Shown: positions 17,703 to 26,184 of the stretch, one piece after another
Numbering within the stretch: position 1 is the first letter of the stretch
How the letters are laid out: the number at the start of each line of letters is the position of its first letter
IMG/VR virus record: IMGVR_UViG_3300005537_000001
Location: 1-64,000 of that record
Direction: 5' to 3' (one strand)
Length of the DNA: 64,000 nt
Program-made: the position numbers and the translations under genes
The notes under the pieces: generated by a model
The model's input: only the letters and a program-made list of their open reading frames with translations
Databases searched by the model: none
Told to the model about the DNA's origin: nothing

Positions 17703-18884
17703 ATGAAATTACTTCAAGAACTCTCCAAGATGACCGAGGCAGCCGTTATGGGCGTGCTGATGGACACTATCTGCAAGGCGATAGATGCCGCAAAGTGCAA
17801 AGGTGAATCCTACGAACAAGCGCTAAAGAACATCGCGGCAGAATTTCGTAAGCTTGACAAGCATGATTCGTCAAAGATGTCAGATGAGGCTCTCAAGGAT
17901 CTCATCATGTCATTCTACAATCAAGATAAACACCTTAGCGCTAACGACAACGTTGTTTCATACCGCGATACCGGATTCTCAAAGGGTCAAGGTCCCGGAG
18001 TAACTCCAGGCGCAACCGATGGTATCGTAAACAACCGCGTCAATCAAATTAAGGAAGAAGCTGGCGATGATCAGGCAGATGTAGCGAGAGAATTTGAAGC
18101 TCTCATGAAGAAACACAAGAAGAGCATGAAGCCGGCTGACGTCAAGAAATTTGAAAAAGCTTTTGACAACAAGAACAAAGAATGGCTCCATATCTATCAG
18201 CATGACGAATCAGAAGATGAGGATGCTGAGGAGGCGCAGCGAGAAAATCTGCGTGATGCCCTGGGTGAACTGGAGGGCGTCCTCGACGATCTCAAGCATC
18301 ACCTCAAGCTAGCTGAGGAAGAAGGTGTTGAACCAGCTCCGAAGCGCGACCTCAAGGCTGAGGCAATCGGCATAGCGACGGCATGGCTGAATAGCAACTA
18401 CAAAAAGTTCAACCTCCCGCTGAAGGTTCGCCGCGTTCCTACTTCTGGCAAGTATATCATGACCACCGTAGTTGCGAACAAGGGTGAAACTCCAAAGAGA
18501 ATCTTCTTGAAGGTTCTCGATGGTGAGGCAAAGCAGGTATCTTCCAAGGAGTGGAAGATGCTCGATGAAGCTGACATCAGCGCCTCTGGTGGTGATATGG
18601 CTGGAGCGAGTGGCTCACTAGACAATCAATTTCAGGGTGGAATTCCAGTCGGCGCCGCCGATCCCCACAATGGTCCACAGGGTGGTGAAGTTGCTACACC
18701 GCCACCGTCAAACAAGCCACCAGCTGCAAAGGCTCCATCCGGCCCAGCTACTCGCACGATCGCCAAGGGTGGTGACTTTCGAGTAGACCTTGGGCAAAAT
18801 GAACAGGTAAGCATCATTGACGGCAAGGGTAACATTCGCCTCTCAATGCCGATGGTTATCTGGAAAGAACTGACTCGCCAATAA
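17703..18884 (+). CDS. Acidic/charged hypothetical protein; candidate capsid-internal protein
   Basis: Starts MKLLQELSKMTEAA; internal IKE|E, LAE|E and LDE|A motifs. Confidence 0.55.
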   Translation: MKLLQELSKMTEAAVMGVLMDTICKAIDAAKCKGESYEQALKNIAAEFRKLDKHDSSKMSDEALKDLIMSFYNQDKHLSANDNVVSYRDTGFSKGQGPGVTPGATDGIVNNRVNQIKEEAGDDQADVAREFEALMKKHKKSMKPADVKKFEKAFDNKNKEWLHIYQHDESEDEDAEEAQRENLRDALGELEGVLDDLKHHLKLAEEEGVEPAPKRDLKAEAIGIATAWLNSNYKKFNLPLKVRRVPTSGKYIMTTVVANKGETPKRIFLKVLDGEAKQVSSKEWKMLDEADISASGGDMAGASGSLDNQFQGGIPVGAADPHNGPQGGEVATPPPSNKPPAAKAPSGPATRTIAKGGDFRVDLGQNEQVSIIDGKGNIRLSMPMVIWKELTRQ

Positions 18885-19315
18885 TGCGTAAGCTACACTT
18901 CAAGGAGTTTGTTGAGCTTAGAGATAGCTTGTTGGCTATAGCTGAAGCTCATGGCGCTGATGTCGTCGATCGAACACCTGCCCATCACAAGCAGGAAGTT
19001 CCGCTGTACGTTCCAGGTGGAGCTACGGTGGTTGTGCTAAACGACAATGTTACCCCATTTGAAGTAGTTATCGAGGCCATCATGCATGGCACCCACCTGA
19101 GTGAAGCTGAAGCTACAAAGCGAATGATGGCGGCACACAAGAATGGTTGGGCTGCGGTAGCAAGCTATGGAAGTCGAGATCTCGCAGAGACGGTAGCTCA
19201 CAAAATTGAAGAGCACGCTGCCCACAATCCAAACTATGATCATTACAAGCAGCACACCGGTCATCATGGGCCATGGCCACTCACCTGCGAAGTAATGGAC
19301 GCAGACCAAAAATGA
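18884..19315 (+). CDS. clpS: ATP-dependent Clp protease adaptor ClpS
   Basis: VVVLNDNVTPFEVV...A...M..AHKNG.A.V...SRDLAET, the ClpS core. Confidence 0.85.
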   Translation: MRKLHFKEFVELRDSLLAIAEAHGADVVDRTPAHHKQEVPLYVPGGATVVVLNDNVTPFEVVIEAIMHGTHLSEAEATKRMMAAHKNGWAAVASYGSRDLAETVAHKIEEHAAHNPNYDHYKQHTGHHGPWPLTCEVMDADQK

Positions 19316-19497
19316 AAACAACGTTCGCTCAATTCCTCCAAAATGATTCTGAGGAAGAAAATAAAGTTCCAAGCCTGCTGAAAAAGCAGGCTGGACCACC
19401 TCTTGGCGCGCTTGATAAGCTTAAAAATAAAGTGAAGCTTAAGCTGGGCCACAAACCGATGTTTCTCAAAAAGCAGGCAGAAAGCGCAGGTGACTGA
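19312..19497 (+). CDS. Small basic protein (MKTTFAQFLQNDSEE...)
   Basis: ATGA overlap with the clpS stop; CTS-like start. Confidence 0.5.
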   Translation: MKTTFAQFLQNDSEEENKVPSLLKKQAGPPLGALDKLKNKVKLKLGHKPMFLKKQAESAGD

Positions 19498-19753
19498 ATT
19501 TCAGGTAGATGAAATTGGCATCCACAGCGACATGGACAAGCCAGTTCGCGTGAAGGTCAACGTTACTGCCGCTCGAGTAGAACATTACGGGGACGTTGTC
19601 GAAGTCATGGCCCGCGGTGCTATCGAACGTTACACCAAAAAGCACGGATCCCAACCATCAGATTCTCAGATTGACCACCTCAAGGCCGACCTAGTGCGCG
19701 CGCTGGTGATTCAACGAGACGTTCTCGGTGCCCAAAGCTTGGAAATTACCTGA
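19490..19753 (+). CDS. Hypothetical protein
   Basis: Overlapping start; coding-like composition. Confidence 0.55.
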   Translation: MTEFQVDEIGIHSDMDKPVRVKVNVTAARVEHYGDVVEVMARGAIERYTKKHGSQPSDSQIDHLKADLVRALVIQRDVLGAQSLEIT

Positions 19754-19771
19754 TTCATCAACCTGACTTCC

Positions 19772-19778
19772 ATAAATA
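19772..19778 (+). promoter_or_regulatory. Late promoter ATAAATA
   Basis: Recurrent motif upstream of the terminase operon. Confidence 0.55.
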
Positions 19779-19833
19779 TACCTGACGGGTTTGTTAAAAC
19801 GTTTGCACGTGATCCCGCTATAGGAGAAATGAT

Positions 19834-20256
19834 ATGGTTAGAATAAGTGAAGACATTGATGATGTCTTGGGTGAAGAATGCATGCGAATTCTTCTCGCGC
19901 GTAATTCAGATATGTTTCGCGGCGATGACATGCCCGGCCCAGTATGTCTCGTGGACAATGCTGGTAACGTAAGGAACGATTCTTCAGATGTTGATGTAAT
20001 TCCACTTACAGCCTACTCAATCAAAGTTCCTCTCCCACTTAACAGCGATTCGCTTAACGTAATTTTCAACATCAGCGAATTTGCCGAGAAGCGAACGTTC
20101 ATTCACTATTATTCGTGCGCTAAGCGCCCGCACGTAAGCGCTGGTGATGACGTAGTGGTGGTAGATCCCAACACTTTTGAACCACGCAAAAGAGCTGTTG
20201 ATGAGGTGAAAGCGAGAGAGCTAAACTTTGCGATTTTTCGGTTTGGGTTGTCATAA
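19834..20256 (+). CDS. Hypothetical protein
   Basis: SD AGGAG; stop overlaps the terminase start. Confidence 0.6.
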   Translation: MVRISEDIDDVLGEECMRILLARNSDMFRGDDMPGPVCLVDNAGNVRNDSSDVDVIPLTAYSIKVPLPLNSDSLNVIFNISEFAEKRTFIHYYSCAKRPHVSAGDDVVVVDPNTFEPRKRAVDEVKARELNFAIFRFGLS

Positions 20257-21884
20257 TGCCGGCCAATCCGTTTATCAAGCGTGCCCATTCTGAAAATGAA
20301 TACACGCCAGAGCTAGTTCAAGAGCTCAAAAAATGTCAGGCCGATCCGGTTTACTTCATCAGAAACTACGTTTATCTGCAACACCCGGTTCGCGGTAAGC
20401 TTATTTTTAACCTTTACCCGTATCAAGAAGAGCTCGTAAGAACGTGCCAGCACAACAAGCGCGTAATCGCTCTTATCTCACGTCAGATGGGTAAAACTCA
20501 AACGATTTCGATGTACCTTTTGTGGTACGCGATGTTTCACAGCGATAAAACCATAGTCATAGCATCCAAAAATAACGGCCACGCTATGGAAATCATGGAT
20601 CGCATTCGCTTTGCCTATGAAGAACTTCCAAATTGGCTCAAAGCCGGGTGTAAGTATTACAACAAGCACAACATCGAATTTGATAACGGATCAAGAATTA
20701 AATCTGAAGCTACAACTGAAAAAACCGGTAGAGGTCTTGCAGTTTCCAAGCTGTATTTGGACGAATTGGCGTTCGTAAGCCACAAGATTCAAACGACTAT
20801 GTGGCGATCTCTTGCCCCAACCTTGGCTACCGGTGGTGAAGCAATCATTTCATCAACCCCAAATGGCGACACGGATTTATTTTCTACTCTTTGGCGAGGC
20901 GCTAACCTTAACAAGGGCGCCGAGCATGCCCCAGATGCTAAGGAAATTATCAAGACCGAAAATGGAATGAATGCGGCTAACCTATTCGTTCCACTGTTCT
21001 TCCCATGGAATTTGCATCCAGAGCGTGGTGAGCAATATCTCAAGGACATGATCGGTGAGCTTGGCCCTATAGGCTTTAGGCAGGAAGTTTTATGCGAGTT
21101 CATTTCGTCACAAGCCATGCTCATTGACTCACTCAAGCTGTCATATCTCAAACCATCTCGTCCAATAACTGAAAACATGGGTTTCAAGATATGGAAGGAA
21201 AATATTGGTGGGCGTGGTAAAACATATCTTGTTGGTTTGGATCCAGCTACCGGAAACAGCAAGGATTTTTCAGTCATCGAGGTGTTTGAATTTCCTAAGA
21301 TGGAACAGGTGATGGAGCTGAGGTTGAACACCGTCAGCATTCCACTCATCTACGCTAAGCTTAAGTGGCTGTTTAGATTCCTACGAAAGCCAGATGCTGG
21401 TAAGGGTAGAGCTGAAGTAATTTGGTCATTTGAGCGCAACGGCGTTGGTGAAGCTTTGGTTGCGATGATTCAAAACGATGATTCGCCGGATGGCGGAGTC
21501 TACATAGACGGTGTTGATCTCTACAATGAGAATCCGCTGCGCCTCGGTTGCTACACGACTGGTAAATCCAAGATGCTTTCGTGCATGCAGATGAAGAATC
21601 TTATCGAGAAAGGCGCTACTGGAATTGTCATTCATTCGGATCTTTTGCTGTATGAGCTGCAAAATTTCGTTTCGCAGGCTGGCACGTTTATGGCTAAGGA
21701 CGGATGTACCGATGATGCTATCTCAGCTCTTACCATCGTCATGAAAACTTTATCGCGACTTGCGGCATACGATGAGAAGGCTCGAAAGGTAGTTTACGAA
21801 TCGGTAGATCCGGATTCTGATCATGTTGATCCTGATACACCACAGGACCAGTATGGTGATGAGCCCGTTCCCATCTTTGTTTAG
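20256..21884 (+). CDS. Terminase large subunit (gp17-like)
   Basis: DPVYFIRNY, Walker A SRQMGKT, Walker B LYLDELAF, SSTPNG, nuclease GLDPATG..D.S and TDDAISA. No intein. Confidence 0.95.
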   Translation: MPANPFIKRAHSENEYTPELVQELKKCQADPVYFIRNYVYLQHPVRGKLIFNLYPYQEELVRTCQHNKRVIALISRQMGKTQTISMYLLWYAMFHSDKTIVIASKNNGHAMEIMDRIRFAYEELPNWLKAGCKYYNKHNIEFDNGSRIKSEATTEKTGRGLAVSKLYLDELAFVSHKIQTTMWRSLAPTLATGGEAIISSTPNGDTDLFSTLWRGANLNKGAEHAPDAKEIIKTENGMNAANLFVPLFFPWNLHPERGEQYLKDMIGELGPIGFRQEVLCEFISSQAMLIDSLKLSYLKPSRPITENMGFKIWKENIGGRGKTYLVGLDPATGNSKDFSVIEVFEFPKMEQVMELRLNTVSIPLIYAKLKWLFRFLRKPDAGKGRAEVIWSFERNGVGEALVAMIQNDDSPDGGVYIDGVDLYNENPLRLGCYTTGKSKMLSCMQMKNLIEKGATGIVIHSDLLLYELQNFVSQAGTFMAKDGCTDDAISALTIVMKTLSRLAAYDEKARKVVYESVDPDSDHVDPDTPQDQYGDEPVPIFV

Positions 21885-21913
21885 TGTACTTGTGGTCATA
21901 TTTGGATTATAAT
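21885..21913 (+). promoter_or_regulatory. Early/middle sigma70-like promoter TGTACT-N17-TATAAT
   Basis: Same architecture at about 10 intergenic sites in the window. Confidence 0.7.
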
Positions 21914-21920
21914 CTGTAGC

Positions 21921-22076
21921 ATGAAACCAACAACAGAACAAGAGTGGTTTAAGAAGCTAAGCCCACTCGAGCAGAAGAAACAAATCCGTCGGTGGCGCTA
22001 TCGTCGTCAATATTGGGGGCGCAAATATGGTGACGACTGGGTAATCCGCTCAATGTTCGCCGTGGGCGTGCTATGA
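21921..22076 (+). CDS. Small basic protein, 51 aa (MKPTTEQEWFKK...); probably leaderless
   Basis: ATG 7 nt after the -10 box; ATGA overlap with the next gene. Confidence 0.55.
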   Translation: MKPTTEQEWFKKLSPLEQKKQIRRWRYRRQYWGRKYGDDWVIRSMFAVGVL

Positions 22077-22354
22077 GCTCCCTTGTTGATCAAGTCACAT
22101 CGTGGTTCAACATCGGCGCCATCGTGATCCTTTGGATCAACATTCAATGTCTCCTTCGAGACAAAAGCCTCAAGGGATATTCCATCTACGCCGCAATCTA
22201 CTTCTTTGCGTGGGCAGTTTGGGGTATCTTCATGTACCAGCGCCTTGATCTATTTTGGAGCATGATCGCAAGCTGTGTTCTTTCCGCCGCGTACGCCGCC
22301 TACATCGTGATGATCCTCTTCTTCAAATTTTTTGATGGCGTTGGTCGTGATTAA
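22073..22354 (+). CDS. Three-TM membrane protein, PQ-loop/SemiSWEET-like
   Basis: 93 aa, hydrophobic; NIQCLLRDKSLKGYS...FFAWAVW. Confidence 0.5.
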   Translation: MSSLVDQVTSWFNIGAIVILWINIQCLLRDKSLKGYSIYAAIYFFAWAVWGIFMYQRLDLFWSMIASCVLSAAYAAYIVMILFFKFFDGVGRD

Positions 22355-22607
22355 TGGGATGATGGTTTATTGGATTGAGTTACACGATGGTGTAACTCCT
22401 CAGGCCTGCTTCGAATGGTTTGAAGATGGTGAAGATCAAATAGTAAAAATGCTGGCGCGCTGCGCTGAGCTTAGAGCGGCTGGGAAGATGTACGTGACAA
22501 GCTGCAGTCACCACTCAACAGGAGTTGCAGGCGTTATTGATGGAAAGCTTCCGGATGGTAGCGTATATCAATGGAGAAAAAGAAGATCGTATGACACGCC
22601 TACCTAA
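22332..22607 (+). CDS. Hypothetical protein
   Basis: Chain of overlapping ORFs. Confidence 0.55.
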   Translation: MMALVVINGMMVYWIELHDGVTPQACFEWFEDGEDQIVKMLARCAELRAAGKMYVTSCSHHSTGVAGVIDGKLPDGSVYQWRKRRSYDTPT

Positions 22608-22770
22608 ATACAATGAGCTGGTACAGCTGCTCGAGCTTCACGAACAAGCTCTCACGTGGGCTGTTGGCACCGGTAAGCTTCCACCGACATGCCCTGGCCA
22701 CTTCATGCATCTTCTGATAGAGGCAAAGGATCGTGTTGACCAACTTAACAATAATTCGAATTTAACATAA
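22591..22770 (+). CDS. Hypothetical protein (MTRLPKY...)
   Basis: Start overlaps the upstream gene end. Confidence 0.5.
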   Translation: MTRLPKYNELVQLLELHEQALTWAVGTGKLPPTCPGHFMHLLIEAKDRVDQLNNNSNLT

Positions 22771-22808
22771 TAGGTTGGATTGTACTTTCAACAGGTTCAT
22801 GGTATAAT
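22760..22808 (+). promoter_or_regulatory. Early promoter TGTACT-N16-TATAAT with an upstream ATTTAACATAAT box
   Basis: Box at 22760-22771, -35 at 22781-22786, extended -10 at 22803-22808. Confidence 0.65.
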
Positions 22809-22815
22809 GACCAAC

Positions 22816-23115
22816 ATGAACACATCTGACAGCGTTATCGGACACGTTTACGATCACAAGCGCTTCACATACGAAAAAGCTAAGAAAACTTTCGTTAGTG
22901 AAATTTCCGAAGTACCGGCGGTTCTCCGCCAGCTCTGGACCGATTCTCTCGATATCGGTTTCGGCATTCGGGGTAATCGTGGGGTGGTTTATTTCACCCT
23001 CAAAAAGCACAACAAGGACGTCGATGGAGATACTATCTCCTGGGTGTTCGAGGCTCACAACCCGTCGCGCAGCCCCATCCTTGACGGTCTGACCGTTATC
23101 ATCTTCAACGATTGA
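22816..23115 (+). CDS. Hypothetical early protein; probably leaderless
   Basis: ATG 7 nt downstream of the -10 box. Confidence 0.6.
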   Translation: MNTSDSVIGHVYDHKRFTYEKAKKTFVSEISEVPAVLRQLWTDSLDIGFGIRGNRGVVYFTLKKHNKDVDGDTISWVFEAHNPSRSPILDGLTVIIFND

Positions 23116-23125
23116 GGAATTTTCC

Positions 23126-23344
23126 ATGATCGCTATGTCCTCCGTAGCTCAGCTGAATGTGATCGGCTTTCTTGCCTACGAGCGGTTAGGCGGAGCTGAA
23201 GGTATCGATCGGATAGCGCATGAAGCTTCCCAGTGGGATGATCCAATTCCCGACGAGGATGGCGACATCGCGTATGGTCAAATGCTCGAGCGACAAGCCC
23301 AAGATTGGGCTGATCGTGAACAATGTCCGGAGTGGGCCCAATGA
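23126..23344 (+). CDS. Hypothetical acidic protein
   Basis: SD GAGG; 72 aa. Confidence 0.55.
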   Translation: MIAMSSVAQLNVIGFLAYERLGGAEGIDRIAHEASQWDDPIPDEDGDIAYGQMLERQAQDWADREQCPEWAQ

Positions 23345-23418
23345 GCGAGAACAAGCGCGACCTCATCGTTTTCTTGATAGCTCTTTTCGCGATCGCAGCC
23401 TTCTTTCTTTGGGTTTGA
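23341..23418 (+). CDS. 25-aa single-TM peptide (MSENKRDLIVFLIALFAIAAFFLWV)
   Basis: ATGA overlap with the upstream stop; ends 1 nt before the next start. Confidence 0.45.
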   Translation: MSENKRDLIVFLIALFAIAAFFLWV

Positions 23419-23419
23419 A

Positions 23420-23860
23420 GTGATCTACAAGGTCTTTCTTCGCAAAAGCCACAAGAAGGCGTACATCGAAGCTCTAGCTGATTTTTTGATCGATGAGCTT
23501 AGGCTCCGAAGCAGCCGCTATAATCTTGCGATAACTCCAGCTCCAAAGTTCTCCACGGATGGTGGTTGGGTCGTCCATACCGATCGCGAGATCGTAATGT
23601 TCCTAAACCCCAACCAAACGCCATATGAGCTTGGGCACACGATTGCACACGAATTTGTTCACGTTAAGCAGATCGCGAGCGGCCTCCTTCGCTTTGAACC
23701 GCCAATGGTTAAGTGGAGAGGAGGCGTGTTCTGCCGGTACAACAAATCGGCCTATTTGAAAAGACCGTGGGAAATTCAAGCTCTACAACAACAGGCCATC
23801 CTGCTGCGAAAGTTTGAGCTGCATTGTACATCGTCCAAAAAGCGTGTTACAATAACCTGA
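23420..23860 (+). CDS. Putative zinc metallopeptidase (HExxH)
   Basis: TIAHEFVHVKQ...PWEIQA, a common phage metallopeptidase-like pattern. Confidence 0.65.
   Translation: MIYKVFLRKSHKKAYIEALADFLIDELRLRSSRYNLAITPAPKFSTDGGWVVHTDREIVMFLNPNQTPYELGHTIAHEFVHVKQIASGLLRFEPPMVKWRGGVFCRYNKSAYLKRPWEIQALQQQAILLRKFELHCTSSKKRVTIT
23825..23853 (+). promoter_or_regulatory. Early promoter TGTACA-N17-TACAAT
   Basis: Matches the recurrent consensus; lies inside the upstream gene end. Confidence 0.55.
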
Positions 23861-23874
23861 ACCAGGGAGTTAAC

Positions 23875-24339
23875 ATGATCTACGTACGCTTTCACGGCAC
23901 TATACCAGTTGAGGTTTCAGCTGATCCTGCTAAGGTGCCGTATAACTACGAAGTAGGCCAACAGACCGTTATGGCGTATCGGATAGGTCCAGAGTGGCAG
24001 AATCGCACCGACTGGAAGACCTTCGAGGAAGTAACTCGAATAGCCCGTCTTCTTGAGATCAACACCGGCCGAAAGTTACTACCGGTTGATCACGGCTCGC
24101 ATACATCTCCCCGGTACGATCTCATCGAGATACCAAAGATTGGTGATGAGGTCTCGTACAGCTTCAACGGTGACACGTATCCTGATGGAGTGATCACGAA
24201 GATTACTCCCACCTATCAAATTACCACGTCGGGGGGTCACAAATACCGTCGACCCAAAAATCGTGGATATTGGCTGCGAATTGGTGGAACTTGGTCTCTT
24301 GTCAGGGGGCACATCTATGAGCAAAATCCCAGCTTCTGA
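23875..24339 (+). CDS. Hypothetical protein
   Basis: SD GGGAG before the ATG at 23875. Confidence 0.6.
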   Translation: MIYVRFHGTIPVEVSADPAKVPYNYEVGQQTVMAYRIGPEWQNRTDWKTFEEVTRIARLLEINTGRKLLPVDHGSHTSPRYDLIEIPKIGDEVSYSFNGDTYPDGVITKITPTYQITTSGGHKYRRPKNRGYWLRIGGTWSLVRGHIYEQNPSF

Positions 24340-24634
24340 GGTTAGGGAAGAAAGAATCTTTCCCTGGAAACCCCAACCCAATCAAACTCCGCGCAGCGCG
24401 GCCAATCTCGCGATGGCGAAGGAGCGGTTGAAGCTTGACCTGCGTGGGTGTGGAACACCGTTTGGACGAAGTGGTGGACACTTTCTTACTCAGCGCCAGA
24501 TGAATCGCATTCGTCACGCTGAAAGCGTCATCAATTCCCAGGTGAAGCGCAACCTTCGCGCACCGCGGCCACTCAATGACGGCGACGCGTATTACGATCC
24601 GCAAATTTCGCGGGAGATTGGACGTGGACGCTGA
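24317..24634 (+). CDS. Hypothetical basic protein
   Basis: Chain of overlapping ORFs. Confidence 0.5.
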   Translation: MSKIPASEVREERIFPWKPQPNQTPRSAANLAMAKERLKLDLRGCGTPFGRSGGHFLTQRQMNRIRHAESVINSQVKRNLRAPRPLNDGDAYYDPQISREIGRGR

Positions 24635-24956
24635 AGAACTCCAAGCTCCAACCACCTGCAACACCCTCAACCGCCTTCTCAACGAGGTTAGGTTGAAGTC
24701 GAGCAAGAGGTGGATGATACGAGAGCGCGGTAAAACCATCAAGTCGTTTTTCACAGATCCAACCGTTGTCAAATCATACGAGCTTTACACTCGCGAATCA
24801 TCAGATGACGCGTGGTCGAGCGTAAATTTTTACACCGAGGGTACCGACTCAAGCGTTCAAGCTTCAGTCATCATCGCGTACTTCTACGGTGTGCTAGCTG
24901 GTCTTCAAGACAAGAAGGAGGCGGTTCTTGGCAACCGAATTGGCGGAATTTGCTGA
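24576..24956 (+). CDS. Hypothetical protein (start may be the GTG near 24624)
   Basis: Chain of overlapping ORFs. Confidence 0.5.
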   Translation: MTATRITIRKFRGRLDVDAEELQAPTTCNTLNRLLNEVRLKSSKRWMIRERGKTIKSFFTDPTVVKSYELYTRESSDDAWSSVNFYTEGTDSSVQASVIIAYFYGVLAGLQDKKEAVLGNRIGGIC

Positions 24957-25260
24957 TCTTCTTTTCAGGGCACGGTTGGCTGCGGCTGAAGCTGCAGCAT
25001 CCAAAATCAAAGAAAATCCGAAAGAATGGTATCCATGCGGCTTCGCGTGGGTAACTATCAAGCCGGCTCGCGGAAAATTTGTTTCATTTCTCAAGAATAA
25101 CAGCGTTGGACACGCCGCCCATGACGGCGGCTGGACCATCTGGAATCCGAGTAACAATCACACCCAGTGGATGGACGCCAAGATGGCGGGAGCTGAAGCT
25201 TTTGCTGCCGTCCTTCGAGCTGGTCACATCAATGCAAATGCAGACTGTAGGATGGATTAA
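24928..25260 (+). CDS. Conserved phage hypothetical protein (CGFAWV...AFA.VL motif)
   Basis: YPCGFAWV...Q.MDAKMAGAEAFAAVL, a pattern I recognise from many phages. Confidence 0.6.
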   Translation: MATELAEFADLLFRARLAAAEAAASKIKENPKEWYPCGFAWVTIKPARGKFVSFLKNNSVGHAAHDGGWTIWNPSNNHTQWMDAKMAGAEAFAAVLRAGHINANADCRMD

Positions 25261-25488
25261 ATGCGGGATAAAATTTTGACGATATTGATGTGGGCTGGTG
25301 TTGTTCTGGTAATACCGCTCCTCATGACCTTTTGGTTATTTCTGGTAATCGTGTTCTTGCTAATCGCGATTTCTGGATTGATCTACTTCATCTACTCGTA
25401 TGTAGTTGGTGAGCCAATACCGATTACGAAGAATGGCAAGGAGATTGGAGTTCTCATTCGAGGAACATATCATCCACACAAAAGATAA
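25261..25488 (+). CDS. Small membrane protein
   Basis: Long hydrophobic N-terminal half. Confidence 0.55.
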   Translation: MRDKILTILMWAGVVLVIPLLMTFWLFLVIVFLLIAISGLIYFIYSYVVGEPIPITKNGKEIGVLIRGTYHPHKR

Positions 25489-25489
25489 G

Positions 25490-25521
25490 TGTACGTTTTT
25501 CAATATCTATGATAGTATAAT
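25490..25521 (+). promoter_or_regulatory. Early promoter TGTACG-N17-TAGTAT(AAT)
   Basis: Variant of the recurrent consensus. Confidence 0.5.
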
Positions 25522-25533
25522 CACAGGAGGATC

Positions 25534-25686
25534 ATGATGCACATCCTTATCGTAGCTGTTGGGTTCATTCTGTTTCAGTTGATCGTGGGATCCCTCATCG
25601 GTCGATTCTTTGGCTTCAACGATAGAAAGGTGAATGATGAAACACTTAGCGCTGGTCGCGCTCATCACGCTAGCCGGAGCAGCTAG
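25534..25686 (+). CDS. 50-aa membrane peptide (MMHILIVAVG...)
   Basis: Strong SD AGGAGG; one TM segment. Confidence 0.5.
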   Translation: MMHILIVAVGFILFQLIVGSLIGRFFGFNDRKVNDETLSAGRAHHASRSS

Positions 25687-26086
25687 CGCCGCACCGACCA
25701 TCGATGATATCGATCCGCCAGTTACGCAGGCGGCGCTGGATAGCTCAAGCTGTGGTGCGCAGTGGTGTCGACCGTTTTGGAAATCGATGCCTAAGTTAGA
25801 GTACGTATTCTACGCGGCGGAAGCCGCCGATATGCTGACAACGCTGGATATCAAGAATCATCCCAACCTCCAGGAGGAGAATCCGCTGTTGGGACATCAT
25901 CCATCCGACGCAACTATCGTTGGGGCTACTACGATAACCGCGCTGATACATTCATCGATAACGTATCTGATGGTTGATCATGATGTAAACCCGAAGGTTA
26001 TCAGGGCGTGGGAAATTCTTAGCATTGGAACGGAATCGGGTTTTGCGCTTCACAACTGGAAGATGGGGTTGAGGTTTAAATTTTGA
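25634..26086 (+). CDS. Signal-peptide-bearing membrane/exported protein
   Basis: Signal peptide MKHLALVALITLAGAASA; D..TT....E.NP.LG motif. Confidence 0.55.
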   Translation: MMKHLALVALITLAGAASAAPTIDDIDPPVTQAALDSSSCGAQWCRPFWKSMPKLEYVFYAAEAADMLTTLDIKNHPNLQEENPLLGHHPSDATIVGATTITALIHSSITYLMVDHDVNPKVIRAWEILSIGTESGFALHNWKMGLRFKF

Positions 26087-26184
26087 AATTTGTTCTCGCT
26101 CTTTTATCCGTACCGCTTCTTGAATTTGTTCTCATTTTCGCAGCAATAAAATTGACAAAGCCGGGTATTCATGAACACGATTGA
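26083..26184 (+). CDS. 33-aa hydrophobic peptide (TTG start)
   Basis: TTGA overlap with the upstream stop; SD GAGGT; fills the gap. Confidence 0.4.
   Translation: MKFVLALLSVPLLEFVLIFAAIKLTKPGIHEHD

Noticed and set aside
26086-26135. Direct repeat AATTTGTTCTC twice
   Set aside because: Explained by repeated (K/E)FVL codons in a small hydrophobic ORF; not an operator or array.
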